DNA of 39,059 nt, from the IMG/VR virus record IMGVR_UViG_3300048856_000093, positions 1 to 39,059 of that record. One strand, 5' to 3'. Under the pieces are notes generated by a model. It saw only the letters and a program-made list of their open reading frames with translations. It searched no databases and was not told the origin of the DNA. Of the stretch, positions 24,888 through 33,293 are shown piece after piece. Origin of the DNA: a virus (taxonomy: Duplodnaviria > Caudoviricetes). Both the position numbers and the translations under genes were made by a program. How positions within the stretch are numbered: the stretch's first letter is position 1; each line of letters starts with the position of its first letter.

Positions 24888-25096
24888 CGCGCTCTCCCAA
24901 TCACATGCCCCTCATCCGCGCGCGGCCAGCCCGGAATGATCTTCCTCAGTTCGTCGCCGGAGGTGATGAGCGTGCCCTCGCGCCCCGGCACCGACATGGC
25001 GATTATGCCGCCACGGTGCTGAGTGATCGTCGCCCCCTGGGCGATAGCAGCGCGCACCTTCAGGGCGCGCTCGCGGTCGGCCGCATCGCCGCTCAT
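24884..25096 (-). CDS. Hypothetical protein, 70 aa
   Basis: ATGA overlaps at both ends (MSGDAADRERAL...). Confidence 0.7.
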   Translation of the reverse strand: MSGDAADRERALKVRAAIAQGATITQHRGGIIAMSVPGREGTLITSGDELRKIIPGWPRADEGHVIGRAR

Positions 25097-26895
25097 TCGC
25101 CCTCTCCCGGCAGCGGCACGGAAGCGTTGGTGTAGACGCCGGTCGGGACGTCGAACTCCAGCTCGGCCATGTCGCCGCGCCGGCCCCAGCGGGAGAAGCG
25201 GGACTTGGTGATATGGATCTGTGTGACACGATCCTCCGTGTGCACCGTGATCCCCAGATCCGCCTTGTTGTTCCAATTGGCACTGCCGCTGATGGAGTAG
25301 AGGTTCGGAGGGGTCAGCTTCTCGCCCGGCTTTGCCGGGAACTGCTTCGTCGGGTGCGCGACGATCCACACGTTGCACCCATGCCGGCGTCCGAAGGCAC
25401 GGAGGCGCTGCAGGGATCGGCCGATGTAGTCGGTCTCGCTGAGATCTCCGCGCTGATGCTCCAGTTCATTCCAGGGATCGATCAGCAGATCCGTCGCACC
25501 CGAGCGCATCACCTCCAGCCGGGCGCGCTCCAGGATCCAGTCGAGCGTCGGCGCCTGATCCTCCTCTTCCGGATCGGAGACCAGCATGGCGATGCGGCTG
25601 TGCAGCCACTGCTCCGCCTCGTTGATCTCCTCGTTCGTCATCGCCTCGTAACCTGGCGTGTGCCAGAAGGGCTTGCGGAACAGGACGGCGGCCGTCTGCG
25701 CCACGTACTCCTCCCAGGGCTCCATCTCAGGGCTGAAGACGACGAACCGGCGCTGGTGGTGCCGCATGAGGTGGGCCTTCACGAACACACCCCAGGACGA
25801 TTTCCCGTGGTTCGGGATGCCGGTGATGATGATGATCCGGCCCTCGCCCGGCAGGCTGAGGATCTTGTCGGTCGCCTCGGCGCCCGTGGTGAGCACCGGA
25901 GGCCGACCGCGGTTCCGCAGTTCTACCAGCTGCCCAGGCTGGATCCGCATGACGCCCTTGATCGGATAGGGCTGTGCCGCCTCGATGCAGGCCCGCACCG
26001 CATCGGCGCCGTGGTCGCGCAGGGTATCGCCGGCATCCTTGCAGCCCTCCGGCCAGGTTACGAACCAGCAGCGATGACGGCCGATACGACGTGCCAGCTC
26101 CTCCCGCAGAGCCTTCCCCGGCTCGTCCATGTCCCCGGCCAGGATGAACTTCTCGATCTTGTTCAGGCGCTCGGCATGGGTGGTCAGGGCTGCATACCGC
26201 TTCTCGTCCTTCCGACGAGGGTCATCCTCCGCCCGGATGGTCTTGCTGGCCCCGTCCTTCAGGCTCACCACCTGCGGATAGCCGGCTTCGTGCAGCGCCA
26301 TCACATCCGGCTCGCCCTCGACCCAGATCACCTGATCGTCCGCTTCCACCGCGTCGATGTTGAACAGGGTCGGCAAAGGCTGCGCGTCCTGCATCAGATC
26401 CTTGTCGGGCGAGCGGTACTTGCGGTTCACCAAGCGTCCGCCGAAGCGGTACGGGAAGACGATGGCGGACTTCTCCACCCACTCGCCTGAAACCTTGAAG
26501 CCCTTCCGCGTCACGTAGCAGCCAAAGGCGTCAACCGTCTCCGCCGAGATGCCGCGTGCCCTGAACCAGCGGTACATCTCCTCCGGCCGGGACTGCTGTT
26601 CCGGCGTGTGGGGCGTGGGCTCGCGGACCGGCGTCTCCGGCGCCTGCTGGCGGCGCCAGGCGCCCGCGTCATGGCTGGCGATCTTCACACCGTCCGTCCA
26701 GTTGCAGTGGCCGCGGTGGCAGATCCAGACGGCGCCCGTGCCGTCCTGATCGATGGTAACGGCCAGGCAGTCCTCGCGGGACTTGCCGCCGTCGCAACGT
26801 GGGCAGCGCAGGCGCTCGGTTCGGCCAGGGGCGTAGCTCTTGAGCCGAATGCCCTGCTCGGCCAGCAGCTCGGGGAGGTTGTCAGGCGTGCTCAT
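25093..26895 (-). CDS. Bifunctional primase-helicase, Twinkle/T7 gp4-like, 600 aa
   Basis: CPRC...CHRGHC Zn domain; TOPRIM VEGE.D, GDMDEPG and KDA; SF4 helicase TGIPNHGKS, LLIDPWN, IVAHPTK and ISGSANW..KAD; ATGA overlap start. Confidence 0.93.
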   Translation of the reverse strand: MSTPDNLPELLAEQGIRLKSYAPGRTERLRCPRCDGGKSREDCLAVTIDQDGTGAVWICHRGHCNWTDGVKIASHDAGAWRRQQAPETPVREPTPHTPEQQSRPEEMYRWFRARGISAETVDAFGCYVTRKGFKVSGEWVEKSAIVFPYRFGGRLVNRKYRSPDKDLMQDAQPLPTLFNIDAVEADDQVIWVEGEPDVMALHEAGYPQVVSLKDGASKTIRAEDDPRRKDEKRYAALTTHAERLNKIEKFILAGDMDEPGKALREELARRIGRHRCWFVTWPEGCKDAGDTLRDHGADAVRACIEAAQPYPIKGVMRIQPGQLVELRNRGRPPVLTTGAEATDKILSLPGEGRIIIITGIPNHGKSSWGVFVKAHLMRHHQRRFVVFSPEMEPWEEYVAQTAAVLFRKPFWHTPGYEAMTNEEINEAEQWLHSRIAMLVSDPEEEDQAPTLDWILERARLEVMRSGATDLLIDPWNELEHQRGDLSETDYIGRSLQRLRAFGRRHGCNVWIVAHPTKQFPAKPGEKLTPPNLYSISGSANWNNKADLGITVHTEDRVTQIHITKSRFSRWGRRGDMAELEFDVPTGVYTNASVPLPGEGE

Positions 26896-28031
26896 GCGAT
26901 CGGGACGTGTCTCTGAGTTCCGGGGAGAGGGGTCCGACGGCCAACCGCGGCGTCGGTCCAGGCACGCCATTCGAGGGTGCCGGTCGGTGGCTTCGGTAAG
27001 GCCACGACCTCGCGGGGGTCGCGGTCGAAGTAGCGATCGTCCACCTTGGGAGCCGGCCCAGCCGCAACGACCCTGGGCTGTTGCTCGTCCTGCCATCGGC
27101 GACCACGGAGCCAGCTGGCGGCAAGGGGGACGAACTGACGATCCTGGCTGAACCGGAACCGGCGCAGATGGGCCAGCAGGACCTCCGGGCCGCCCGCCTC
27201 ACCCACGACCTGCCGGTACGCGTCCGCCGCGTCCTTCCGGGCCTCGTGCCTCGGATAGACCTCGTAGAACTCGGCGAACCCCTCCGGCTCTAGCCGTGCC
27301 GCTTTCCGGGTCTTGCGCTGGGGAGGAACCGGCGGAGCCGGATCGCACGCGTCCGATCCCTGATCGGACAAGAGAGCGAAGCTCTCTTTCTTACTACTCT
27401 CCTCTCCTCTCCCCTGGCGTGACATGTCCGTCGAAATCACGGTTGATCCGTGACACTCGACATCTGTCACGGATGAAGCGTGACCGTCAGCGTGACTATT
27501 CCCCCCGCTGTCACGGCTGTTCTGCCTGTCACGCTCGCGCTTCCGGCGCTGCCTCTCGGTCGCCGTCAGGTCTCGAGAGAACATCATGGGACATGTCACG
27601 CTTGAAGCGTGACCATTCCCCCCGGCGTCACGGTCCGAAACCGTGACGTCACGCCCGTCACGGGGGGTGTCACGGTCATCGATGCCCACGTACCGTGACA
27701 GATTGTTCGGAAGAGGGAACAGGATCTTCGGCCACTTGGGGCGCTGGAACCGGACGAAGTTGCGGATGGCTCCGTAGGGGCGGCCGTCATCCTCGAACCG
27801 CTTGACGAGGTCAGCTTCGGCCATCGCCGCCAGGATATCCGCGAAGTCGACGGCCAGGGCCGGCAAAATGCGGGCCTTCAGGGTCAGGGGCTTCCACTCA
27901 AAGACCCCTTGGTCATCCGCGTGCGTCCAAAGCCCGGGAAGAGCCATGCAGGCGACCGGCGACACCAGCGACAACGCCATGTACGCCTCGTCCGTAAAGA
28001 GTTCTGGATGAATGCTTCTGATACGAGCCAT
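26892..28031 (-). CDS. Phage replication initiator (O-like/replisome organiser)
   Basis: MARIRSIHPELFTDE N-terminus, central repeat-rich linker, F.EFY..YPR...ASWL...RW.D C-terminal domain; directly upstream of the helicase. Confidence 0.85.
   Translation of the reverse strand: MARIRSIHPELFTDEAYMALSLVSPVACMALPGLWTHADDQGVFEWKPLTLKARILPALAVDFADILAAMAEADLVKRFEDDGRPYGAIRNFVRFQRPKWPKILFPLPNNLSRYVGIDDRDTPRDGRDVTVSDRDAGGNGHASSVTCPMMFSRDLTATERQRRKRERDRQNSRDSGGNSHADGHASSVTDVECHGSTVISTDMSRQGRGEESSKKESFALLSDQGSDACDPAPPVPPQRKTRKAARLEPEGFAEFYEVYPRHEARKDAADAYRQVVGEAGGPEVLLAHLRRFRFSQDRQFVPLAASWLRGRRWQDEQQPRVVAAGPAPKVDDRYFDRDPREVVALPKPPTGTLEWRAWTDAAVGRRTPLPGTQRHVPIA
27371..27699. repeat. Putative replication origin: GTCACG/CGTGAC iterons inside the initiator gene
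   Basis: 15 hexamers counted by eye in 27418-27699, several as inverted pairs (GTCACG-N7-CGTGAC at 27466-27484 and 27595-27613), next to a strand-asymmetric purine tract. Confidence 0.8.
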
Positions 28032-28876
28032 CAGGCGCAGGCCCTCACCATCGAGAACGGAAGCAGTTCCGGCCGCCCCAGGCGCCGCCGAACCTTGTTC
28101 GTGACGGTCAAGTCTTCCTGCGGCTCGACGCGCAGCATCTCTGGCGAGTTCAGGCCTACCAGGATCGCGTAGGCGAAATTCACCTCGCCCACCCAGTCAT
28201 CCATCATGGAGCAAACCCGTCGCGCATTCCCGACCGGGTCCTGACGCGCTCCGATATCCAGCAAGTCCTCCAGCTTCTGCATGCGATGGTTGCTGATGAA
28301 CCCGATCCGGTCTTCCTCCGCCCGGAGTTCATCCGACGTCAGCGTGCTGACCTGGGCCGCGATACGATGCTCGCGTGGCGTCTGCGGGCCTCTGCTGCCG
28401 AACAGCGGACGGTTCGGATTGCGCGGGAAGATCGAAGGGACAGGGGCGGGCTGGTCCCGCCAGTCGAAGACCGCGCAGATCGGAGACACCTCGAAGAATG
28501 CCCGTTTCGCATCCTTGGCCGCCACCCAGCACTGCGTGATCTGCCCGCGCTGGTAGCTCTCATCAGTCTCGATCAGGAAGCCGCAACGGTCCGGCTTGAT
28601 GGTTCCGGTCGCGCAGGGCTCCTGCTGCCCGTAGAAGGCGCCACTGGTGCCTTCCCACTCGACCCAGATGGCATATGCCGTGGATCGCGCCAGCGCGCGC
28701 ACGCTCCGCAGGTGCTTTGCGTCGCGCCTTCCGACACTGCCGATGGCCGCACCGGCCGCCGGCATGATCTCGTAGCGCTCGGCAGCGCGCACCACCTCCG
28801 CCACCCTGGCGAAGTCCTCGCGGCATGGGTGGCCCTTGTGCCGGGCCATAGCCGTCAGCTGGTCGGCGAGCCTCAT
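28031..28876 (-). CDS. Hypothetical phage protein
   Basis: 281-aa ORF translationally coupled on both sides. Confidence 0.78.
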   Translation of the reverse strand: MRLADQLTAMARHKGHPCREDFARVAEVVRAAERYEIMPAAGAAIGSVGRRDAKHLRSVRALARSTAYAIWVEWEGTSGAFYGQQEPCATGTIKPDRCGFLIETDESYQRGQITQCWVAAKDAKRAFFEVSPICAVFDWRDQPAPVPSIFPRNPNRPLFGSRGPQTPREHRIAAQVSTLTSDELRAEEDRIGFISNHRMQKLEDLLDIGARQDPVGNARRVCSMMDDWVGEVNFAYAILVGLNSPEMLRVEPQEDLTVTNKVRRRLGRPELLPFSMVRACA

Positions 28877-30159
28877 GCGAACACCACCCGCGGGAAACCC
28901 TCGTTCGTTCTTGATGCGTCCGGCAGGTGCAGCCTGGACAGCGCCTTGCCCCTCACCCTGGCGTTGAAGGCGATGACGGCCAGCGCCGCCGCGTCGATCT
29001 GCGCGATCCGCTCCTTGCGGCCCAGGGCGTCGCGGAGGCGCAGGTGCAGTTGGTAGGCCGGATCGGTCTCCTCCGGCGCGCGTCCACTGTTCACCAGCTC
29101 GGCGAACTCGAACACCTTCTCCTCAGGGTGGTGCCGGAGCGCGACCACCAGCACCATGCCGAAGGGTGCGGTTCGCGCGGGCGCAAAGCGGTGGCGCTGG
29201 ATCACCTCGGCCACCCGGCGGATGTCCGGCGTACCCTGGACGATTTCCATCAGGCGGTCCGGCTCAATCTGGCCGCTGTACCGAGCCATCTGCCCGGCGT
29301 CATACATGGCCAGGAGGCGCGCGATCCCGGCTTGAGAGCTGGCAAAGCGCTCGCCGGCCATGGACAGGATAGCGCCGGCGGTGCGCCGCGTGCCGATGCC
29401 GGTGGCCACAAAGGCGGCCCGCGCGATCCCGAAGCGGACGTCCATCGGGGCGGCGATGCCGCTGCGGCGGATGGCCTCCAGGCGGTGCTGCCCGTCCGAA
29501 AGGATGCCCTCCTTGCTGCAGATGGCCGGCTCTCCCGTGAGGTGCCAGCGCCCCTCCTTCAGGATCCGCACGAATGCATCCACGGCCTTGTGGTTCATCG
29601 GCCGGTTCGCCGTGTTGATCTTCAGTGCCCACCCGGCGAGGGCGGGTGTCACAAGGCCCGTCTTCGTGCCGTTGAAGGTCAGGACGAGGTCCAGGAACTC
29701 GTCCTCGGTGGCAGCTATGGGCGCGAGGTCTTCGGCGCCGTGCAGGATACCGGCATGCGGGGAGGTTTCTGTCGCCGGAGCAAGAACCTCATTGCCGGAT
29801 TTCCCGGCACTACCCTCGGCGGCCGCCCCGAAAGCCTCCCGCCGCGCATGGTCGAGTGCGGCCGTGCTCGGGCTGGGCATTGGCGTCTCCTGCCGGCTGG
29901 GGCTGTCCTGGGGCATGCGGAGCGCCGCCATGCCGCGCACGACCTGGAAAAGAGGCAGGCCCAGCTCCGCGCGGCGCGCGTTGACCCGGCCGACCTCCAG
30001 CCGCCCATCCACCGCGTGCACGCCGTTGGCCTTCGCCCAGGCGCGGGCGCCCTCGACGTCGATCCGGACGCGCTCGTCACCTTCCTCGGCGACCTGCAGG
30101 GCCGCGGCGACGCTGAACCCGCCGTCGCGGGTTCTGGCGGGAAGCAGGGTGGTGCTCAT
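28873..30159 (-). CDS. ParB-like (DGQHR motif) protein with an N-terminal extension
   Basis: N..NRP.....V......G.W...GE...G.L.DGQHRL.AI..SG motif; internal RBS and ATG at 29880. Confidence 0.78.
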   Translation of the reverse strand: MSTTLLPARTRDGGFSVAAALQVAEEGDERVRIDVEGARAWAKANGVHAVDGRLEVGRVNARRAELGLPLFQVVRGMAALRMPQDSPSRQETPMPSPSTAALDHARREAFGAAAEGSAGKSGNEVLAPATETSPHAGILHGAEDLAPIAATEDEFLDLVLTFNGTKTGLVTPALAGWALKINTANRPMNHKAVDAFVRILKEGRWHLTGEPAICSKEGILSDGQHRLEAIRRSGIAAPMDVRFGIARAAFVATGIGTRRTAGAILSMAGERFASSQAGIARLLAMYDAGQMARYSGQIEPDRLMEIVQGTPDIRRVAEVIQRHRFAPARTAPFGMVLVVALRHHPEEKVFEFAELVNSGRAPEETDPAYQLHLRLRDALGRKERIAQIDAAALAVIAFNARVRGKALSRLHLPDASRTNEGFPRVVFA

Positions 30160-30638
30160 GCTGCCCCCCGGTCACCCTGCCCGACCGGGGCGGGCGACGA
30201 CTGGAGATGGCCGAGCGCGGCGGTGGCCGCCCGGATCAGGTCCTGGAGTTCGCGGGCGATCGCGGACCGCTCCTGGGCATCGACCCTTCCATTATCGGAG
30301 AGAGCCTCGGCATAGGCGGTGAAGACCGCGCCGCTCTCGGCACCGACCCTGGCGAGCAGCGCTGCCAGCTCGCCCTCGCGCACAGGCTCCACCGGCACCA
30401 GGGCGCATCCTGCGCGGGTGGCCAGCTCGCGGGTTAGCAGCGGCTCTCCGGCCACCAGCTCAAGCCTCGCCAGGACGTCCACTGGCATGAAGGCGTCATC
30501 CTGCTGCGGGTTCTGGTAGTTGCCCAGCTGCGCGCGGCGCACGCGGGTGCAGGCTGCGGCTGCGTCCAGGCCGCCCACCCGCTCCACCAGGACGCGCGCC
30601 AGCGTCTTGAAGGCAATGTCCGGATTGTTCGGGCTCAT
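30156..30638 (-). CDS. CII-like phage regulatory protein
   Basis: L...GG.DAAA...RV....L..Y.NP....FMPVDV...LE...G.P motif; downstream of cro. Confidence 0.75.
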   Translation of the reverse strand: MSPNNPDIAFKTLARVLVERVGGLDAAAACTRVRRAQLGNYQNPQQDDAFMPVDVLARLELVAGEPLLTRELATRAGCALVPVEPVREGELAALLARVGAESGAVFTAYAEALSDNGRVDAQERSAIARELQDLIRAATAALGHLQSSPAPVGQGDRGAA

Positions 30639-30698
30639 GGGCTGGATCGCTTCCAGGTGACGGGTTCGTGAGGACGCGAGAGAAGCTCGCTCTCAGCC

Positions 30699-31070
30699 AT
30701 GGAGACGGCGATGAGCGAGACGATGGGACGTGTGGAGTGCCTGGTGGCCGAGGACGGGATGCTGTCCCGCGTAGCCCTGGGCGCGGAGACGGTGCTGCTC
30801 GACGCGGCCGGCGTGGAGGCGCTGATCTGGGAACTGGCTGCCTGCCGGGCCGCGATGCTGCCGAAGCGCACGGCCTTCATGTTCGAGGGCAGCCGGATCA
30901 ACCTCGGGGAAGCCGTCGTGCACACGCATGCGGACGGGCGCGAGGCCATCGCGATAATGCACCCGGGGCTGGGGTGGGTGGGCGCCGTCACCGAGAACAG
31001 CATCAAGAAGCAGCTTCGGCGGCGCGCATCCGCGAGGACGCCTTCAAATCAAAGAAGTCTGCCGGCGTGA
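30699..31070 (+). CDS. Hypothetical protein antisense to the cro-cII operon
   Basis: Protein-like composition and GC3-rich codons (LDAAGVEALI.ELA..RA.M, HPGLGW); start uncertain; 3' end overlaps cro. Confidence 0.62.
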   Translation: METAMSETMGRVECLVAEDGMLSRVALGAETVLLDAAGVEALIWELAACRAAMLPKRTAFMFEGSRINLGEAVVHTHADGREAIAIMHPGLGWVGAVTENSIKKQLRRRASARTPSNQRSLPA

Positions 31071-31254
31071 GCCTGATAGGATCAGGCAAAGATGCACCGA
31101 GAGCGATAATCTCCGGGATCCTGGCGGAAGGGACACGCCCCTTTGCGACCCACCCCCAGACGGTTGACTGGCGAGTGCCTAACAGGCGAGCAAGGGCGGT
31201 CTGACCGCCAAACTGGCGGACGACCAGCCCAACACGTGAGGTTTTATCGCTCAT
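31003..31254 (-). CDS. cro: Cro/YdaS-like HTH regulator, 83 aa
   Basis: FGGQTALARLLG..QSTV.GW...GRVP; divergent from the XRE repressor. Confidence 0.88.
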   Translation of the reverse strand: MSDKTSRVGLVVRQFGGQTALARLLGTRQSTVWGWVAKGRVPSARIPEIIALGASLPDPIRLTPADFFDLKASSRMRAAEAAS

Positions 31255-31306
31255 GACGTTTATTATGGGGTGCAATGCGGGCCTGGTGCAACCGCTTAAA
31301 GCGGTT
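31255..31306 (-). promoter_or_regulatory. cro promoter (TTGCAC-N18-CATAAT, likely leaderless) overlapped by the operator AACCGCT-TAA-AGCGGTT (31290-31306)
   Basis: The -10 lies 7 nt from the ATG with no SD; the palindrome overlaps the -35 and lies 8 nt before the cI ATG. Confidence 0.7.
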
Positions 31307-31314
31307 TTTTGGCG

Positions 31315-31863
31315 ATGACACGGGGCAGGCCAGCGAAGGTTAGTCCGGCCGATCGGCCGCCCTTCGCGCGAAGGCTCGCCGAGCTTCGAAGTTACCGCCA
31401 GCTGTCACAAAAGCAGCTTGCTGACGCCATTGGTATCTCTCAGTCCGTAGTAGGTGACTACGAGACGGGGAAATCACACCCCTCGTATAAAACTCTTCAA
31501 CGGTTGAGCGAATTCTTTGGCATTACGGTTTCTGATCTTACTACCCCGAGCATGGTCATTGATGAAGCGCTTTCTGCTGACAGTCTTCGCCAACATGACG
31601 CCGAGCGGGAGGAAGATTTCCTACGACTAAAGATCACGATGGCTGCATTCCGAGCATATGCGCAGGCCCATCAAACCGAAAAAATCGCCTTGGACGAAAT
31701 CCCACGCATCTTAGGCCGCGCAGGTGCCGAGTGGGCCGTCGCTGTCGCTTTGAGCAAGCGCACCGAAGGCGGAAAGCCAAAGCGTTCTCTAGCTGAGTGT
31801 GTAGATCTGGTAATTGAACTGGGCGAAGAATTCCGCAACCGCGACCAATCTGCCGGCTCATAA
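31315..31863 (+). CDS. cI: CI-like XRE repressor without an S24 peptidase domain
   Basis: RL.ELR..RQLSQKQLA.AIGISQS.V..YE.GKS.PS...L.RL..FFG; divergent from cro and flanked by operators. Confidence 0.88.
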   Translation: MTRGRPAKVSPADRPPFARRLAELRSYRQLSQKQLADAIGISQSVVGDYETGKSHPSYKTLQRLSEFFGITVSDLTTPSMVIDEALSADSLRQHDAEREEDFLRLKITMAAFRAYAQAHQTEKIALDEIPRILGRAGAEWAVAVALSKRTEGGKPKRSLAECVDLVIELGEEFRNRDQSAGS

Positions 31864-31921
31864 CGGTCGGTATTTACCGTTGAGTGCCGGCCTGCGGCGC
31901 GACAAGCAAGGATGCCGCAAT

Positions 31922-31966
31922 AACCGCTTTTAGCGGTTGACATGACCACTCTTGTCGGTTGATTGT
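31922..31966 (+). promoter_or_regulatory. Early promoter (TTGACA at 31937-31942) overlapped by the operator AACCGCT-TTT-AGCGGTT (31922-31938)
   Basis: Same 7-bp arms as the cro-side operator; a degenerate copy at 31944-31960 lies in the spacer. Confidence 0.75.
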
Positions 31967-31991
31967 GCGGCACCCGCCCAGGGAGCCGCCC

Positions 31992-32783
31992 GTGTCCGAG
32001 ACCGCGTCCGACCAGCTTACCCCCGCCCTGATCCCCTTTGCCTTTGAAGGGAAGGAGGTCCGGGTCGTCACCATCGGCGGTGAGCCGCATTTCGTTGGCC
32101 GGGATGTGGCCGATAGGCTGGGCTACGCCGACGCAACCAATGCAATGAAGCAGCACTGCCGTGGGGTGGTGAAACACCACCCCATCGTGGATGCTCTCGG
32201 ACGGGAACAGAAGGCGCGGGTCCTCACCGAACCCGACGTCCTCCGCCTCATCATCAGCAGCAACCTCCCGGCGGCTGAGCGCTTCGAGCGCTTCGTGTTC
32301 GAGGAGGTGCTGCCCACCATCCGCAAGACCGGCTCCTACTCGGCGCCCAGCACCTCTCACTTCCTCCGCGCCCCGGCGGCCGAGAAAACGCTCGACAGCT
32401 TCGTCAACATGGCCAAGCGCTTCGGGCTGGACGAGCCGACTGCGCTGCTCGCGGCATCCCGTGCGACGCAGGCCGAGGTCGGCCTGAACCCGATGCAGGC
32501 GCTGGGCATCACGCACATTGAGGCGGCGAGGCAGCGCGCCATCGTCACCCCGACACAGATCGCGCAACGCATGGGCCTCAAGTCTGCCCAGGTCGCGAAC
32601 AAGCTCCTGCAGGATCGCGGCTACCAGACGAAGGAAGCCGATGGCGAGTGGAAGCCCACGAAGAAGGGCGAGGCATTCAGCCACTGGGACCTGACCGGCA
32701 AGAGCCGCAGCGACGGGACGAAGATCGCGCAACTCCGCTGGTTTGAGGACGTCGTGGATGCCCTTCAAACCGAGGCGGCCTGA
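31992..32783 (+). CDS. BRO-N domain antirepressor-like protein
   Basis: F.FEG.EVRVV...GEP.FV..DVA..LGY and AERFERFVFEEVLPTIRKTGSY; GGGAG RBS with GTG start. Confidence 0.92.
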   Translation: MSETASDQLTPALIPFAFEGKEVRVVTIGGEPHFVGRDVADRLGYADATNAMKQHCRGVVKHHPIVDALGREQKARVLTEPDVLRLIISSNLPAAERFERFVFEEVLPTIRKTGSYSAPSTSHFLRAPAAEKTLDSFVNMAKRFGLDEPTALLAASRATQAEVGLNPMQALGITHIEAARQRAIVTPTQIAQRMGLKSAQVANKLLQDRGYQTKEADGEWKPTKKGEAFSHWDLTGKSRSDGTKIAQLRWFEDVVDALQTEAA

Positions 32784-32806
32784 ACCTTTCACATCAGGAG
32801 ATTGAT

Positions 32807-33172
32807 ATGGATACCCCTACCACGCCCAAGCTGCGCGGCGTGTTCGTCGTCGAGGGTTGCTGCAAGGCAGTCTGGCCGCTGAACCCGTACGAGGAAGAAG
32901 GCCTCGACCTCAGGGAAGCGCTGGAGCAGAAGGCGCGCGACACGGCTGCCGATCTGCTTGATCAGCCGGACGCCGCCTGGGCCGCCACCTGCTCTAGCAT
33001 GTTCGAGTTCCACGCCACGCGCACCCCGCAAGGCATCTACGCCTTCGTTGTGGTTGCGGGGGATGCCTCTCCCCAGCTGCTGGAAGAGACGATCCAGCCG
33101 GCTCCGTCTGAGCGGCGCCTTTTGTCCGTAGAGGACCTGGCGCTCGCCCTCTCGCCCGCCGCTACCGCCTGA
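32807..33172 (+). CDS. Hypothetical protein
   Basis: AGGAG RBS; 121 aa. Confidence 0.75.
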   Translation: MDTPTTPKLRGVFVVEGCCKAVWPLNPYEEEGLDLREALEQKARDTAADLLDQPDAAWAATCSSMFEFHATRTPQGIYAFVVVAGDASPQLLEETIQPAPSERRLLSVEDLALALSPAATA

Positions 33173-33208
33173 GACCCCGCCGCCTGGGCGGGTGACCCTA
33201 GGCAGAGC

Positions 33209-33257
33209 GGCCGGACGCGGCGTTACCAGCACCGCATCCGGCCTGACCACCAGCACC
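33209..33257 (+). promoter_or_regulatory. Leader stem-loop with a repeated ACCAGCACC
   Basis: GGCCGGACGCGG/CCGCATCCGGCC stem (33209-33243); 9-mer at 33225 and 33249. Confidence 0.45.
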
Positions 33258-33293
33258 CCGTGCCACCACGCAAGAGGCCAGGAGCCAATACCG

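Noticed and set aside
1585-27096. Longest-ORF starts in the track (2418, 14049, 20517, 21984, 24900, 25378, 27096)
   Set aside because: They overlap upstream genes extensively; downstream starts with an RBS or 4-bp coupling fit better.
2859-30322. Long opposite-strand ORFs (e.g. 2859-4328, 10857-12962, 13850-15226, 18394-20265, 25213-26490, 28927-30315)
   Set aside because: Shadow ORFs of recognisable genes in high-GC DNA, with no motifs.
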